Source: Octopus sinensis (Eukaryota). Taken from it: DNA of 64,000 nt. The number at the start of each line of letters is the position of its first letter. The stretch's first letter is position 1. This document shows, piece by piece, positions 37,937 to 52,289 of this stretch. Position numbers and translations under genes: made by a program. The notes below the pieces were generated by a model, which had not been told where the DNA came from, ran no database searches, and saw nothing but the letters and a program-made list of their open reading frames with translations. The DNA is taken from contig NC_042998.1 in assembly GCF_006345805.1 (NCBI RefSeq), positions 138,074,001 through 138,138,000 of the forward strand. Reading direction: 5' to 3'.

Positions 37937-40148
37937 ATGTATGTATATGTGTGTATGTGTGTATGTTTGTTTTTCTGTTATAATAATAAAAGCGATGTTC
38001 GCGCTAACCTGAATACTTTTGGTAAGTACAAGTTTATTATTCCTTAGCAAAAATAGTGTTGACATGGTCTTCCAAGTTTCGGCTAGCTAAGCCATCACCG
38101 GACTGTGACTATATATATATATATACGTCTCTGTACATATATGGATATATACTAGAGTATGTATGCGTGTATATGTACATATGTATGTGTGTGTATGTAT
38201 ATATGTATGTATGTGTGTGTATATTTCTATGTATAAGCTATGAGCATGTTATTATTGATGTTTCTCTTCCTGGTAATTACAATATAGCCACATTTTCATT
38301 TATTTACGCTTTTTTTTTTATTTCAAGAAACCAAATTTATTTTATGCACTTGTAACTTCCGTTTAGTTTGGTTGAGAACATCTAGTTACCTAGAATATAT
38401 ACTCTTATCCCGGTAAAAAATTTACAAAAATGTATGTCCTTTTCCATAATTCTGTCCACCATATTTGTAGACGTTTCAAAATTGTTTTTCACAAGATAGC
38501 AATTGTTCAAAGATCACTGTAGCTAGAGCTTACTATACTATAATACAATACTATACCATGTGTGTGTGTGTGTTTTACCGATTCGATTGTTTTTCTAAGT
38601 TGATGAATTTGCGGTGATATATCCATATATTAGAATATTTGGTTTAGCATCTAATAGTTTAAGAACTGTTAGGTTAATAAACTTTGTTATAAAGTGTTGC
38701 ATAGATTCTTTTTACCGTCCTGTAAAGGATTGTTATAGCTTTTAGACTAAGTTCGCGAGAAAAAATTTTGCTTAGAAAATTAAGCCAAAATTACGACGTT
38801 TGTTTCATTTTATTATCATAATTATTTGATTTTAAATATTATTTCTGTTATTTTCTTTATTATCGACAATCATAATTTCTTAGATATTGATTCTTATAAT
38901 GTCCATTTAAATTAGTTGATATTGTTCAAAATATAAATGATTTCTAATCAGTTTGGTTTACTGATTTTTCATGAAAAATAAATGTAATGTTTAAATATGA
39001 AGTCCCAACTTGAGATGTATTCTAAGTGGAAATCTGCCCGATTAAGACCGTTTAAGTAAAATATTGCTGAAGATAGATATAGTAAAGCAAAATGTCACTC
39101 ACGGCAAATCTGACTAATTCCATCCTGTGTAAAAACGGCTAAGCTTTTCGTAAAGCAGACGATACAAGTTTACTGTCGTCTGCTATTGCTAACCCTTATA
39201 TTTATTGTCTTCACCTTTACTTCGTTGCTTTCTATGAATCTCTCCTCCTTCCATCTGTTTCCCAATAACCTTATGTACGTTTTCATTAACAGCATTTTTG
39301 TTCAGCGAAATTTTATTACTTATAAGCTAATCAAATAGGGTCGTGTAATGAACCCTAATTGGCTAAATAAGGAACAAGTTGGTTCACACATCAGCAGTAA
39401 AGGCCTAGGAATTATGTGAGTGGATGTGCATACACAAACGTTTACGTTTACATGTATGTGTGAGTGTATGAAGGGGGGAGGAATTTCGGTGAAGGAGAAG
39501 GAGGAAGAGGAGGCGGGGGCTAAACTAACACCGAACAAACGATTCTCTCTTCTCTCTCTCTTTCCCTCTCTCTCTCCCTCTCTTTCTCTCTCCCTCACTC
39601 TCCCATACAAGTATATACTCCCTCACCAGTCCACACATCTGCAATCTTGTTAGCTGCAAATTGAGAGAAAATTGAGCCTCGAGCTTCAATTTTCTGAAAA
39701 ATAAATTAAATAAACTCAAACGCCTATCGGCTCAGAGATTGCTAATATGTGAAAATGAGTTGTGTCGAACCATTGGAAGTTTTTGATTGAATTCAGTACA
39801 GCTTGTTATTATCGGCAGTAACACTATCAGACTGTGCCCCGCAGTATATATAGATACACACGACAGACAAGGTGTGCACAGATATGTTGTCTGTGTGTGT
39901 GTGTGTGTGCACGTATATATATATATTATATATGTATATATATTAGGTGTGTGTATATTTGTGCATGCGCGTTGTATTTGCAATTTCCGCGTCGTTTATT
40001 TTGTATTTGTATGTTTAGTGAAAATATATTTTAACCACTAATCACTTCGTTAAGGATTCAAGAAAGATGTTGTATATGGGGGGAGGATGGACGGATGAAG
40101 AAATGTACACAAGAAACGAAAAACAGTCTTAAGTGGTTATTTACTTAC

Positions 40149-40215
40149 CTGGAACGCCGTTCATCATCAGGGACTCGGACAAACTCATGGACGTTGGAGA
40201 TGAATTCAAGTCCAT
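40149..40215 (-). CDS. Otp: Predicted first coding exon of Otp (MDLNSSPTSMSLSESLMMNGVP + G)
   Basis: ATG at 40215-40213, 22 open codons plus 1 nt, then a consensus donor CCAG|GTAAGT. The leftover G joins the AT at the start of the 9682 exon to give GAT (Asp) in frame. Joining is inferred from phase and donor quality, not from transcript data. Confidence 0.72.
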
Positions 40216-40299
40216 ATCTTCTTCAAACGCTAGGCTTGCCTGCACACAATTTTTGTCTCTTCTTTCGTTCAATGTTTCTCTTCTCCAAATGCCAACTAG

Positions 40300-40367
40300 C
40301 TTATATTCACGCCATTGGCCGGTTAGAGATTTTCTACTGAAAGATAAAAGCTTGCTAACTATTGGTT
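40300..40367 (-). promoter_or_regulatory. Candidate Otp proximal promoter elements or 5' UTR acceptor
   Basis: On the minus strand: AACCAAT (40361-40367), GGCCAAT (40314-40320) and AATATAA (~40300-40306), 85-150 nt upstream of the ATG. An acceptor-like cttttatctttcAG ending at 40337 is in the same stretch, so the role is ambiguous. Confidence 0.35.
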
Positions 40368-40856
40368 AATTGAGTTGGCTGGCTTTGTACACTGGGGCTT
40401 CTACAGAAACGCGGGAGTGGGTGGGAGATGTAGTCAGCGAGAAAGAAGGGGGAGGCTGAACGAAACGATCGAAGCAGTAAGATGTAGAGAGGAGGGAGTA
40501 AGAAAAACAAACGTGCAAGGGGAGGAGGATGCAATGAAAGAGAGAGTGAGTGAGAGACAGACAGACGAAGTGAGGGATAGAGGGACAGAGAATTTTTCAG
40601 AGCTAGCTAGCTCTTTCTCTCTCTCTCTTTCGATCAATATTATACACCTATACATAGATATATCCATTCACTCACACGCACTGACACGTACACAACACGC
40701 ACAGACATATATATTGTATTATATTATGTATTCATTTTATTTTTACAATAAGAAACAATGACAATAAATAATAGTGGCTTCTTATCACTGATAATACTTG
40801 TTTTTTTTTTTGTATAATTCTTGTCATAAGTAAATAAATATCTGATTATGATAGTT

Positions 40857-42400
<1,544 letters not shown>

Positions 42401-42404
42401 TTCT

Positions 42405-42780
42405 ATTCTAAGCACAACGCTCGAAATTTTAGGGGATGGGACCTGTCGATTAGATCGACTTCAGTACACAGCTGGTACTTTTTTTATCGACCCCGAAAGG
42501 ATGAAAGGCAAAGTCGACCTCGGCGGAATTTGAATTCAGAACATAAAGACAGACGAAATATCTATTTCTTTATTACCCACAAGGGGCTAAGCATAGAGGG
42601 GACAAACAAGGACAGACATAGGTATTAAGTCGATTACATCGACCCCATTGCGTAACTGGTACTTATTTAATCGACCTCGAAAGGATGAAAGGCAAAGTCG
42701 ACTTCGGTGGAATTTGAACTCAGAACGTAGCGGCAGACGAAATACCGCTAAGCATTTCGCCCGGCGTGCTAACGTTTCTG
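42405..42780 (-). mobile_element. SINE family A, near full-length
   Basis: High similarity to 30093-30460, including the internal repeated tcgaccccgaaaggatgaaaggcaaagtcgacctcggcggaatttg unit. Confidence 0.85.
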
Positions 42781-43260
42781 TCACCTACTGAGAAAACAAC
42801 AGAAAGATGGTATGAGCCAGAACTAGAGGCTGTGAGAGAAAATGAAAATTACAAGATCTTGTGGAACATCGTCAGAAAGACTGACTATATTATTGAGGAA
42901 AGAACACCGGACATGATTATAGAGGACAAAACAAACAGTGTAAGATCATAGATTTCGCAATTCCCTATGACAAAGTCGATAACAAAGAAGTTGAAAGAAT
43001 TGAGCAATATCCGGATCGATCCAGTGAGCTGCGGAGACTGGAAGATTGAGACAACAATTATTACTGTAGTAATTGGTGCACTTGGCACAACACCCAGAAT
43101 GCTACCTAAAAGACTGCAAGAAACTGGAACTGAGATTCGCATTGTCGACCTCCAGCAAAATAGCATTCTACATTCTGCAAGAATATTAAGAAAACTTCTT
43201 GAGATTCGAGATTTGTTGTCGCCAAATCTCAAGATAAAACACCTGCTAATTCCGAGTTTG
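42781..43260 (+). mobile_element. RLE-type (R4/Dong-like) LINE 3' fragment
   Basis: WYEPELEAVRENENYKILWN..RTPDMIIEDK..DFAIPYD..VVIGALGT..LQQNSILHSARILRKLLE resembles a PD-(D/E)xK restriction-like endonuclease C-terminus. Confidence 0.8.
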
Positions 43261-43528
43261 CCCAAAGCCAACAATTTAGTAGGAGGGATTTAGGCGATTG
43301 CATCGGCCTCAGTACTTGACTGGTACTTTATTTTATCGACTAGAGAGGCTAGAAAAATGATCTCGGTGAGAAGTGAACGTAGAATGTAAAGACCCAGAAG
43401 AAATAACGCAAGGCGTTTTCGCGGCGATCTAACGATTCTTCTAGCTCGCCGTCTTAAGCAATAATGATGATGATGATGAAGATAAGGTTAATAATAATTA
43501 TTATAACAACAACAATGACAACAATAGC

Positions 43529-43580
<52 letters not shown>

Positions 43581-43620
43581 TAATAATAATAATAATGATA
43601 ATAATAATAATAATAATAAT

Positions 43621-44247
43621 ATTGAAACCGTATGGCATATTACCAGCCAATATACGCTACTAGCCCAGAAGGAATATAAGAGACTCCGCCACAATATACC
43701 CAGGTTTGTCCATTGGACACTTTGCAACAAGTATGGACTTGACAGAGCAAAAAATTGGTACGACCACAAACCTGAAGGCATCATCGAAAATAAAAATGCA
43801 AAGATCCTATGGGATTTTATGATTCAGTGCGACCATGAGATAGAGAATAGGAAGCCAGACATAGTCTTAATTGAGAAAGAAAACAAACTTTGCTGGATCA
43901 TAGATATAGCATGCCCAGCTGACAACAAGGTATGCGATAAGGAAGAAAGAAAAATCGAGAGATATGGCAGGTTAGCTTGGGAAGTTAAGTAGTTTTGGTC
44001 GATGAAAAAGGTAGCAGTAGTGCCAATAATTGTCGGGGCCCTGGGAACAGTGAGCAAAAATCTCAGGAAGTACGTGGAACAAATAGGGGCTGCAATAGGG
44101 GTGGAGCATTTGCAGAAAACAGCACTGCTTGGGACCGCTCGAATACTCCGGAAGGTGTTCGAAAAATAAATTGTGTTACCTTAGTTCACAGGTAGTGAAC
44201 AGCTGACACCGTAGTACATCACCAGCGTTAGAAGCTGTGCAAAGGCA
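43621..44247 (+). mobile_element. RLE-type (R4/Dong-like) LINE 3' fragment flanked by (TAA)n
   Basis: Manual translation gives HWTLCNKYGLDRAKNWYDHKPEGIIENKNAKILWDFMIQCDHEIENRKPDIVLIEK..IIDIACPAD..KEERKIERY..PIIVGALGTV..LQKTALLGTARILRKVFEK*, with one internal stop. (TAA)n lies on both sides. Confidence 0.88.
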
Positions 44248-46967
44248 ATCATAATAATAATAACTGCTTCATATTTTGACACAAGACTCAGGAGTCTGGG
44301 TGTTGCCCCGTGGATAATGTGTACATACTGCAGATATCAAGGAAAAAGTTTCGTAATAATAACTTGATAAAAAGGGTTTTTTTTAAATTCCCACAAAAAA
44401 GTAAAACAAATTATAAATACATAAATATAAATAAAACAATATAAATGCAAATATAAAAACAAAACAAGAGTAAGCCAACCACACATAGATAAGAAGTTGC
44501 TGGTGCATCATGATTATCTAATTTCTTTGTACCTGGGGAAAATTTTCTCATAATGTTCGGTTCCGAAGGTACCCGTGAGCACTCCAGGAGTCATTTAGTG
44601 CACACCTCACATTAAAACATTTCATTAATTTTAAAATTAATTCTAATTAGCAGTCTATCATTACCATTTCCCACAAAGTCGAAGCCCTTTTTCTCCCCAG
44701 TCTCCACTTTATTTCTATGCCTTCCTCCAGTTCGTGAAAATCACCCAAAAGTCCTCCTTCGGTTATTCGAGGGCAGTGACCTTCATAGAGTCCTAGAGAG
44801 AGATGCGCTCCTCTTACAACGTACCACTCGATTTCTGCTTGTGTTCATTATATTTGATGTTGGAGAATGCAGCGAGCTGGCCGAACCGTTAGCGCTAGAC
44901 AAAATACTTAGCTGTATGTCTTCCGACCCTTCACATTCAAATTCCATTGATTTAGACCTTGCCTTTTATCTTTTTAAGGTCTATAAAATAACCACACTGG
45001 GGTCGATGTAATCAGCCTTTGCCCTCTTCTAAATTTGTTGGCCTTGTGCCAAAATTTGAAGTCATTATGTTTGATGATGGGCCTTTTACTTCCACTGACC
45101 TGGATAATTTGTTACCCCTGACCACCTTCCATTTCTTACTCTTCATAGCAAAGCAATGGGGGTGATGTGGGGGTTACTATTATCTGTGAGTGGAAGAAAG
45201 GACCTCTGATCATCAGTTTCTGGTGCTGAACGCAAGGCGATTACTTTCACTCTCCTCGGAGTTGAAACCCGTGGTGCGACAAGTGGAAGTTTCTTGTATT
45301 CAATTCCTTATTGCTGTCTTTGCTGTTGTCTATGTTCTCTCTTTCTCTGTCTTTCCAGTTCCTCTGTGTAGAAAACGCTGAAACTCATAATGATGTTCTG
45401 TTCTTTTACACTAATTTTATCGCCACACACACACTCGCGCGCGTGCGCAATCATTCCTAACTACGTGAACTTCCATAACACTCGGTGCGCAAAATACTTG
45501 CCCTATCTGTTCTGCAAAACTGACTGCATTTGATGTCAGCATTACTGTCCTCTCTGTGACCATCGTGTTACGTCGTCAACTGGCTGGTGTCTGGGGCACC
45601 ATTCTGTTCTGTATTGTCCTTAGTTTTGAAGACAAGATGCTTATTCTACACGGAATGGGATGAACTGGCACAGCTGTTTGGGCGCAGACGATTTCACACG
45701 GCTGACTGGATATTCAATTTGTTTTGGCGGCAGTAATTTCTGGCGCTGGAGGCAACCCACCCCCCACACACACATACACACACACATATATACACACACA
45801 TGCCTGAATGCAAACACAGAAATATAAAAACACACTGGTAGAAAGACAGAGTGAGAGAAAGGGAGAGAGAGAACAAGAGAAGGAACTAGAGAGTGAGATA
45901 TTACAATTTATTAATTGACCACGATTGGCAAAAACACTTTGCCTCTTTTCATACAGATAAAGAGAAATATGCTTACATACATAAAAAAGGGAAGAAAGAG
46001 AGAGAGAGAGAGGGGGGGGGGAGAAAGAGAGTGAGAGAACGAGGGAGAAGACGAAAGAAACATTAAAACGTCTGCTTGGAATCAACAAGTCTGAATAGGT
46101 GTAGCCAAAACGGCTGTGCTAAAACGTTTCAAACTCCAAAACGGTTCTATATACCCTTCACCTATCATGTCGTCCCATAAATCAGCTAAGGTCTCCACTA
46201 TAACTGGGTTTTTTTGAGGACATACCGAAGCACCCACTAGTCTTCGTAAAGTTATCTGAACCTCCTTCTTGCCAGTTCTTGAATATTTCCAAGCAAGAAC
46301 ACATTCTTTTGCGACATGCTGCTTCACTTCTTTTTACGGCTGGATTCGGCCTATATCTAAAAAACTCCTTTTTATGTTTGTAAAGCTTGCAAAACAGATG
46401 TTAGTATTTTTTTTTCTTTTTTGTAAATATCGCAAATATCCATTGTTCTTGTTACTATTTTTGCTTATGCTGTGCAAATTTGCATTGTTAAATTTTATTG
46501 GCTGCAAGTGTATTTGTTTCTTTTACTGTTGCTTTCTCTGTTTGTCATTAAAAAGAATTTGTTTATCTTTTTAACATTCATCTTCGTGTATTATTTTCTT
46601 TATTGAGATCGTATCCATTCTTCTTATTTTCTTTTTAATACTTCTTACTTCCCTTCTAGTAGAAGAAGCAATATTGAACTGAGTGGACGCCTAAAAGAAG
46701 CTTTTTGAATAAAATAATGTTGCAGCGACAACTTTTGACTCCTTACTTTTGATGGAATTGACGTTCATGTGTTCCCAAGTGTATTGTTTGCAAAATAATC
46801 TAAAAATAGGAAGAAGCAAAAATGTTCATCCAGTAAAACTTTATAAATTCAAATTTCTCGAAGCACATCTGTCTATTCAAAACAACAAAAACATCCTCCT
46901 CCTCCCCCTCCTCCTCCCCCCTCCTCCTCATCATCAACAACAACAACAACAACAATGATTAATGCTC

Positions 46968-47510
46968 TGATGTAATGCCAGGCAGTAACTCTCATGGCGT
47001 CTGATCTTAACTGATTCGAAGTGCTAACATGTACATGTTGTGTATAGGTATAAAAGATGGTCTACAGCAAATACCACAGATTTGCTTGTCGTTTCATCTT
47101 AACCAGTTGAGCGTGTCCGTTAGTGGCTGACGATATGTGCATCTCTGATCACGAGCAGGAGTAGTTGGACGAGCACCATAGCTACGTGTTGAGACGGTTT
47201 CTTCGGGATTTGAATAATTCACCTCTGAAAACATGGGTGTTTTGTTCAGCATCCTTAAACAACTATTATTCATGGACCTTTTGAGCGAGATGGGCTACTC
47301 GACCTAAAGAAAATTCTAACTGGATCCCAACTGCAAGTTCATGTGCGGTTTATCTTAATATAAAGGTACCATGTGGCGCATATATGATTGTGATGCATGT
47401 GCCTGGTGTACCCTTATCAGAGTGTTTGTTAGTCATGATGAGTATATTGGGCTTTGTACATTCGTCGTTCCAGCGTCACTTTGATGGCGTGCGCTGCTCT
47501 TCCACTCAAT
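46968..47510. mobile_element. ~540-bp interspersed repeat ending at an (AAT)n tract (SINE-like or non-autonomous)
   Basis: Recognised from memory as an abundant octopus repeat; single copy in this window, no ORF. Confidence 0.45.
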
Positions 47511-47580
47511 AATAACAAAAATAAGTAATAATAACAATAATAACAATAATAATAACAATAACAATAACAATAATAATAAA

Positions 47581-49105
47581 TCACTTGCTATTCATGGACG
47601 ACCTGAAGCTATTCACAAAAAAACAAGCAAAACTGGACAGCCTAGTCCAATCTGTGCGGATTTTCTCCAATGATACTAAGATAGAGTTTGGACTCTCAAA
47701 ATGTGCTAAGGTGTTGATGAAACGAAGAAAGCTTGCCAGGATAGAAGTCTTATGGCTACCAAGTGGTGAAATGATGAAGACAATTCAATCTCAATCCAGC
47801 TAAAAAAATACCTGTTAATACTTGAGGCAAATGAAGGAAAAGACAAAAAGAGTACTTGCGGCGAGTGGGAAAAATATTGACTTCAAAGCTGAATGGCAGA
47901 AACATAATTTCGGCAATAAACTCGCGCACAGTCGCAGTAGTTTGTTATGACGCTGGAATCCTGAAGTGGACAGAGGAGGAGCTAAAGGAGATGGACAGGA
48001 AGTCAAGAAAGCTCCTAGCGATGCATGGAGCACGTCATCCACGTTCAGACACTGATCGCCTATACATGAAGAGAGAAAATGGAGGAAAGAAGGGAACTGA
48101 TAAGTGTGGAAGACTGCATGCATATCGAACTCGAGAGCTTAATGAGATACCTAACCCAAAGTAAGGAAACCTTGTTAGTGTCATGAACGAAGAAGCATTG
48201 AGAGCAGAGAAAAAAGTGAAAACAAAGGAAGAAGTAGAAAAAGGACATGAAGAAGAATTATGCAAGAAGGGACTACATAATCAATTCCATGTATCTACAA
48301 CAGAAGTTGCTGGAAAAAATAAGTGGGGATGGTTGATGAAAGGAACACTAAAAAACGAAACCGAGAGCATTATACTGGCAGCGCAGGACCAAGCTCTGGC
48401 CACGAACAGGAAGGTCAACCTGAGGAATGAGCAATTGTCTCCGCTGTGTCGCATCTGCAATACAGTGGATGAAACCGTTGCCCATATCACGAACGAATGC
48501 CCTAGACTTGCCCCAAACCACTACATGTTGTAGCGACTCAACCAGGTAGTGAAAGTGCTACGATGGAAACAGCGAAAAGTGGGGGATAGAGAGAAGCAAG
48601 ACGTGGTATGAGGACACAACGCAGCGCAGAGAGTGGCGGATTCGGAGACTAGCAAAATCTGCTGGGATTTCGCAATCCAAACAGATCAGGCGCTAGAGCA
48701 TAACAGACCGGACCTAATGGTGGACATGGCACACCACATATGCTATATAGTTGACGTTGCATGCCCTTTTGACCCACGAATAGTCAAGAAGGAAAATGGA
48801 AAAGTAGATAGATGCAACCCTCTTAAGTATGAAATTGCCCGGCTATAAAAAATGAAGAAGGTGAAAATAGTGTCAATTATTGTTGGGTCCTTGGGAACAG
48901 TATCAGAATGCATCAAGAGGAAACAAGAATGGAGTGGCCAGTAGAACTGTTACAAAAGGTTTGCCTCCTTAGTACGGCCAGAATACTCAGGAAAGTATTA
49001 GATAGCTGAAAAGAACGAATAGCATGGTACCGTAGGCTGCAGGTAGCAAGCCCACTACGCATGCAAGACTCCAGGAGCTCCAACAAAACATGTAATAAAG
49101 AGAAA
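47581..49105 (+). mobile_element. RLE-type LINE 3' part: RT end, CCHC knuckle, RLE and 3' UTR, flanked by (AAT/AAC)n and (TAA)n
   Basis: HLLFMDDLKLF, CRICNTVDETVAHITNEC (CCHC), WDFAIQTDQALEHNRPDL..VDVACPFD (RLE) and AATAAA near 49094; frameshifted. Confidence 0.92.
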
Positions 49106-49111
49106 ATAATG

Positions 49112-49203
<92 letters not shown>

Positions 49204-49219
49204 AATAATAATAATACAG

Positions 49220-49650
49220 TGTAAGATCATACTTTGTAATACCATATGACAATAGATGAGTTACCAAACAAATTGTAAAAAATTGGAAAATATCAAGACC
49301 TGGCCAGAAATGAAGAGATTGTAGAAGACGACAATTATTCTTGTGGTAATTTGTGCAGTTGACACAACATCCAAAATGTTACCGGAGAATCTGAAGCATA
49401 TTGGAATTGAAAATCGCATTGTTGATCTGCTGAAAAGTGCAATCCTTTGTTTTGCAAGTAACCTAAGAAAGATTCTTGAGTTCTGAGGAGACCTGCTGTC
49501 ACCAAACCTCAGCAAAACTCAGCGCTAACTAATAAAACATATAATAGCTTTCACAATAATAATAATTAAGGAAGAATCTTGTGATTTGAAGAGACTTGCT
49601 GTCACTAAACATCAAGATAAAATATCTGCTAAGTAAATTAGCATGCACTA
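49220..49650 (+). mobile_element. Two short RLE-LINE 3' ends between trinucleotide tracts
   Basis: Similar to the 42950-43260 end (KYQDLA, LLKSAIL, gaga(c/t)(c/t)tg(c/t)tgtc tail). Confidence 0.65.
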
Positions 49651-49653
49651 GCG

Positions 49654-49761
<108 letters not shown>

Positions 49762-50369
49762 TAATAAGGAGATTCGGCTTTGCGCTGAATAACAACATGG
49801 ATATGCTACACCGGGCTTTCCATTCAAATACAAATCTAATCTAATAACATCGGTGGAATGGGATAAAGGAACCTGTGGAAGATTTGAAGGAAACGGCCTT
49901 TTAACAAAAATAATCACAAAAACGAAATTTTACTGCCATACAAAGCATAGTTTCTCCCTTGCACGATGTCTCAGTGAGACATGTGCGAAATACACATGCG
50001 AAATCAACATCGGAAAGTTTACAAATCATAAAATATAAATGGAACAAAACAGTAAGTATGCAAATTGATTAACTACGCATACACTCGAATGTTTACACAA
50101 TCATATATACATTTTAATACCCATAGGAGTGCACAAACATCCCAATGTTTACACAACTACGTGAAATTTACAGGACACATACTCGCATATGAGAGCACGT
50201 GTCACGTTTAAAAACACCACTAAAATCTATGCCCGGAGAAATGAACAAAAAAAAATACAGACGAATACAGATCTGTTAGCCGAAAGAAGCCACGTTACGA
50301 GCAATGTTTTCATTTAGACAACTCGGGGGCGGTGTTGTCTCAAAAATTTAATCCTAAACAGACAGATCC

Positions 50370-52285
50370 GTCTCCTAATGTCAACGTCCAAGCTCGTTGT
50401 GCCTCAATGATAACAAGCTGTAATGCCTCAATGATAACAAAGCAAAATACAAACCGAATCTGCCGTCACCCGTATAAATAAGGACCGCGTACCAGACTGG
50501 GTACGAAAAATCAGCTACTGGCTGAAATCTTCCCGAAACACAGGAGCTGGAAGTACCCCACAACCGGAATATTCCAACAGATGGCCATCTACGTTCGTCA
50601 TCAAATAACCAAAAGAAAAAAATGAAAAATGGTCTCGGGGAGATAATAAAGAAGTTCTTAAGGCTTTCTATCATGCCATGTATTTCCCCATAAATAAATT
50701 TACTACTGAACAAACCCACCTAAACTGGAGACAGAATCAGCTAGAAGTAAGACCCTACATAGACAGTAACAAACATGCCAACGACAGAAGAAACATTATG
50801 AAAAATAAATTACTAAGTGAAGCAGAGATTGACCAAATTAAACAGTCAGTAAGGGATAAAGGGAACGAAGTTGTAGCTAAAGAATATACTACAGAGGAAA
50901 TCATTATAGACCAGCCCGAGTCTGGTAAAAATGCAGTAATTATAGAAAGAGTTAATGTAGCTGATAAGCAAAGTGAAATACTCTCTGAACCAACCATAAA
51001 CACCAAGGCAGATGAAAATCAAATAGATGAAGAAAGTCACACTGAAATTGACCCAACTGAACTAGATGATTTAAAAGATCAAATCGTGATTGAATGGTTG
51101 AAAATTAAAGAAACCAGTATGAATGAACGTAACACTCTCCAAAAATTCGGAACTCTAACGAAAATCTGAAAGTAATTGGTAAAATCCGCCTTGCACTTAA
51201 GGATATAATTTCAGCTAATGATGTTGATATTACAGATCTCAGCCACCTGTACTATGCATCCGCAAAAATCTCAACGATTCTATGTGGTGAAAAGATTAGA
51301 AAACAACATCATTCTCACGAAAAGCCTACTTGGGAAGGGCGTATTCAACACCAAATTCAGCTACTTAGGTCTGACATAGAATGTTTAAAGAATCATAAGT
51401 TTGACAAGACTATCAAACCTACGAAAATCCAAAAATTAAAGAAAAATATATGAAAACCATACTTGACATCGATACCACCAGAGAAAGTATCAAGCTAAAG
51501 GAATGTACTAAAGCTGCTTGCATAGCAAGGTATGAAAAGCGCGTTAGAGTCTTCAAGGACAACATGTTCAAAAATAACCCAAAAGATATTTACCGGAATA
51601 TAGGGAAAATATCAGTTACAGTAAAGTCTGTCCCATCGAAAGAAGTGCAGGAATTTTGGAATAAAATTTGGGAAGAAGAAAAAACACACAATTGATAGAA
51701 TATCTACTGACTTAGACTCCATAGAAGAGCAAAAGTGGGAGGGTATCAAGGTAGAGGATGTAGGATCTGCTCTCGAGAAGTCATGCAAATGGAAGTCTTC
51801 AGGAAAGGATAAAATTCCCAACTTCTGGTTGAATGCCTTTACAGAGTCATGAACTGCTAACAAAAGCTTACAGCAACGTTTTGCAACAATCTAGTATGAT
51901 TCCCTGTTAACTAGTTAATGGTGTAACATTCTTACTTCCAAAAAATGAGGAAACAAATGAACCGAAAAATTATAGACCCATAATCTGCTTAACAACAATG
52001 TATAAAATACTAACATCTGTCCTGACTGAATATAACTATTTTTTTAAAATAGAAAGTAGCATATTCCCTAATGAGCAAAAAGGATGTAAACGTGGGTCCT
52101 AAGGTTGTAAAGAACAGCTACTCATCAATAAGATGAACTTAGAAGATTGTCATAAACGACACAAAAACTAGTCAATAGCCTGGGTAGACCATAAAAAAAG
52201 CTACCACATAGCTGGATTAAGAAGTGTCTGGAAATGTATAAAATTGCACCTACTCTGCGAAACTTCTTGTCTGTAAGTATGAGAT
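50370..52285 (+). mobile_element. RLE-type LINE 5' part with RT start (pseudogenised)
   Basis: N-terminus ..DRRNIMKNKLLSEAEIDQIK, and RT motifs WKSSGKDKIPNFW, NYRPIICLTTMYKILT, EQKGCKRGS*GCKEQLLINK and AWVDHKK; many stops. Confidence 0.85.
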
Positions 52286-52289
52286 CATG

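Noticed and set aside
40375-40761. 128-aa plus-strand ORF antisense to the Otp promoter region
   Set aside because: Built from purine-rich low-complexity sequence; no domain.
46082-46327. 81-aa minus-strand ORF as an upstream Otp exon or small gene
   Set aside because: No recognisable domain and no good donor site; it ends in a stop.
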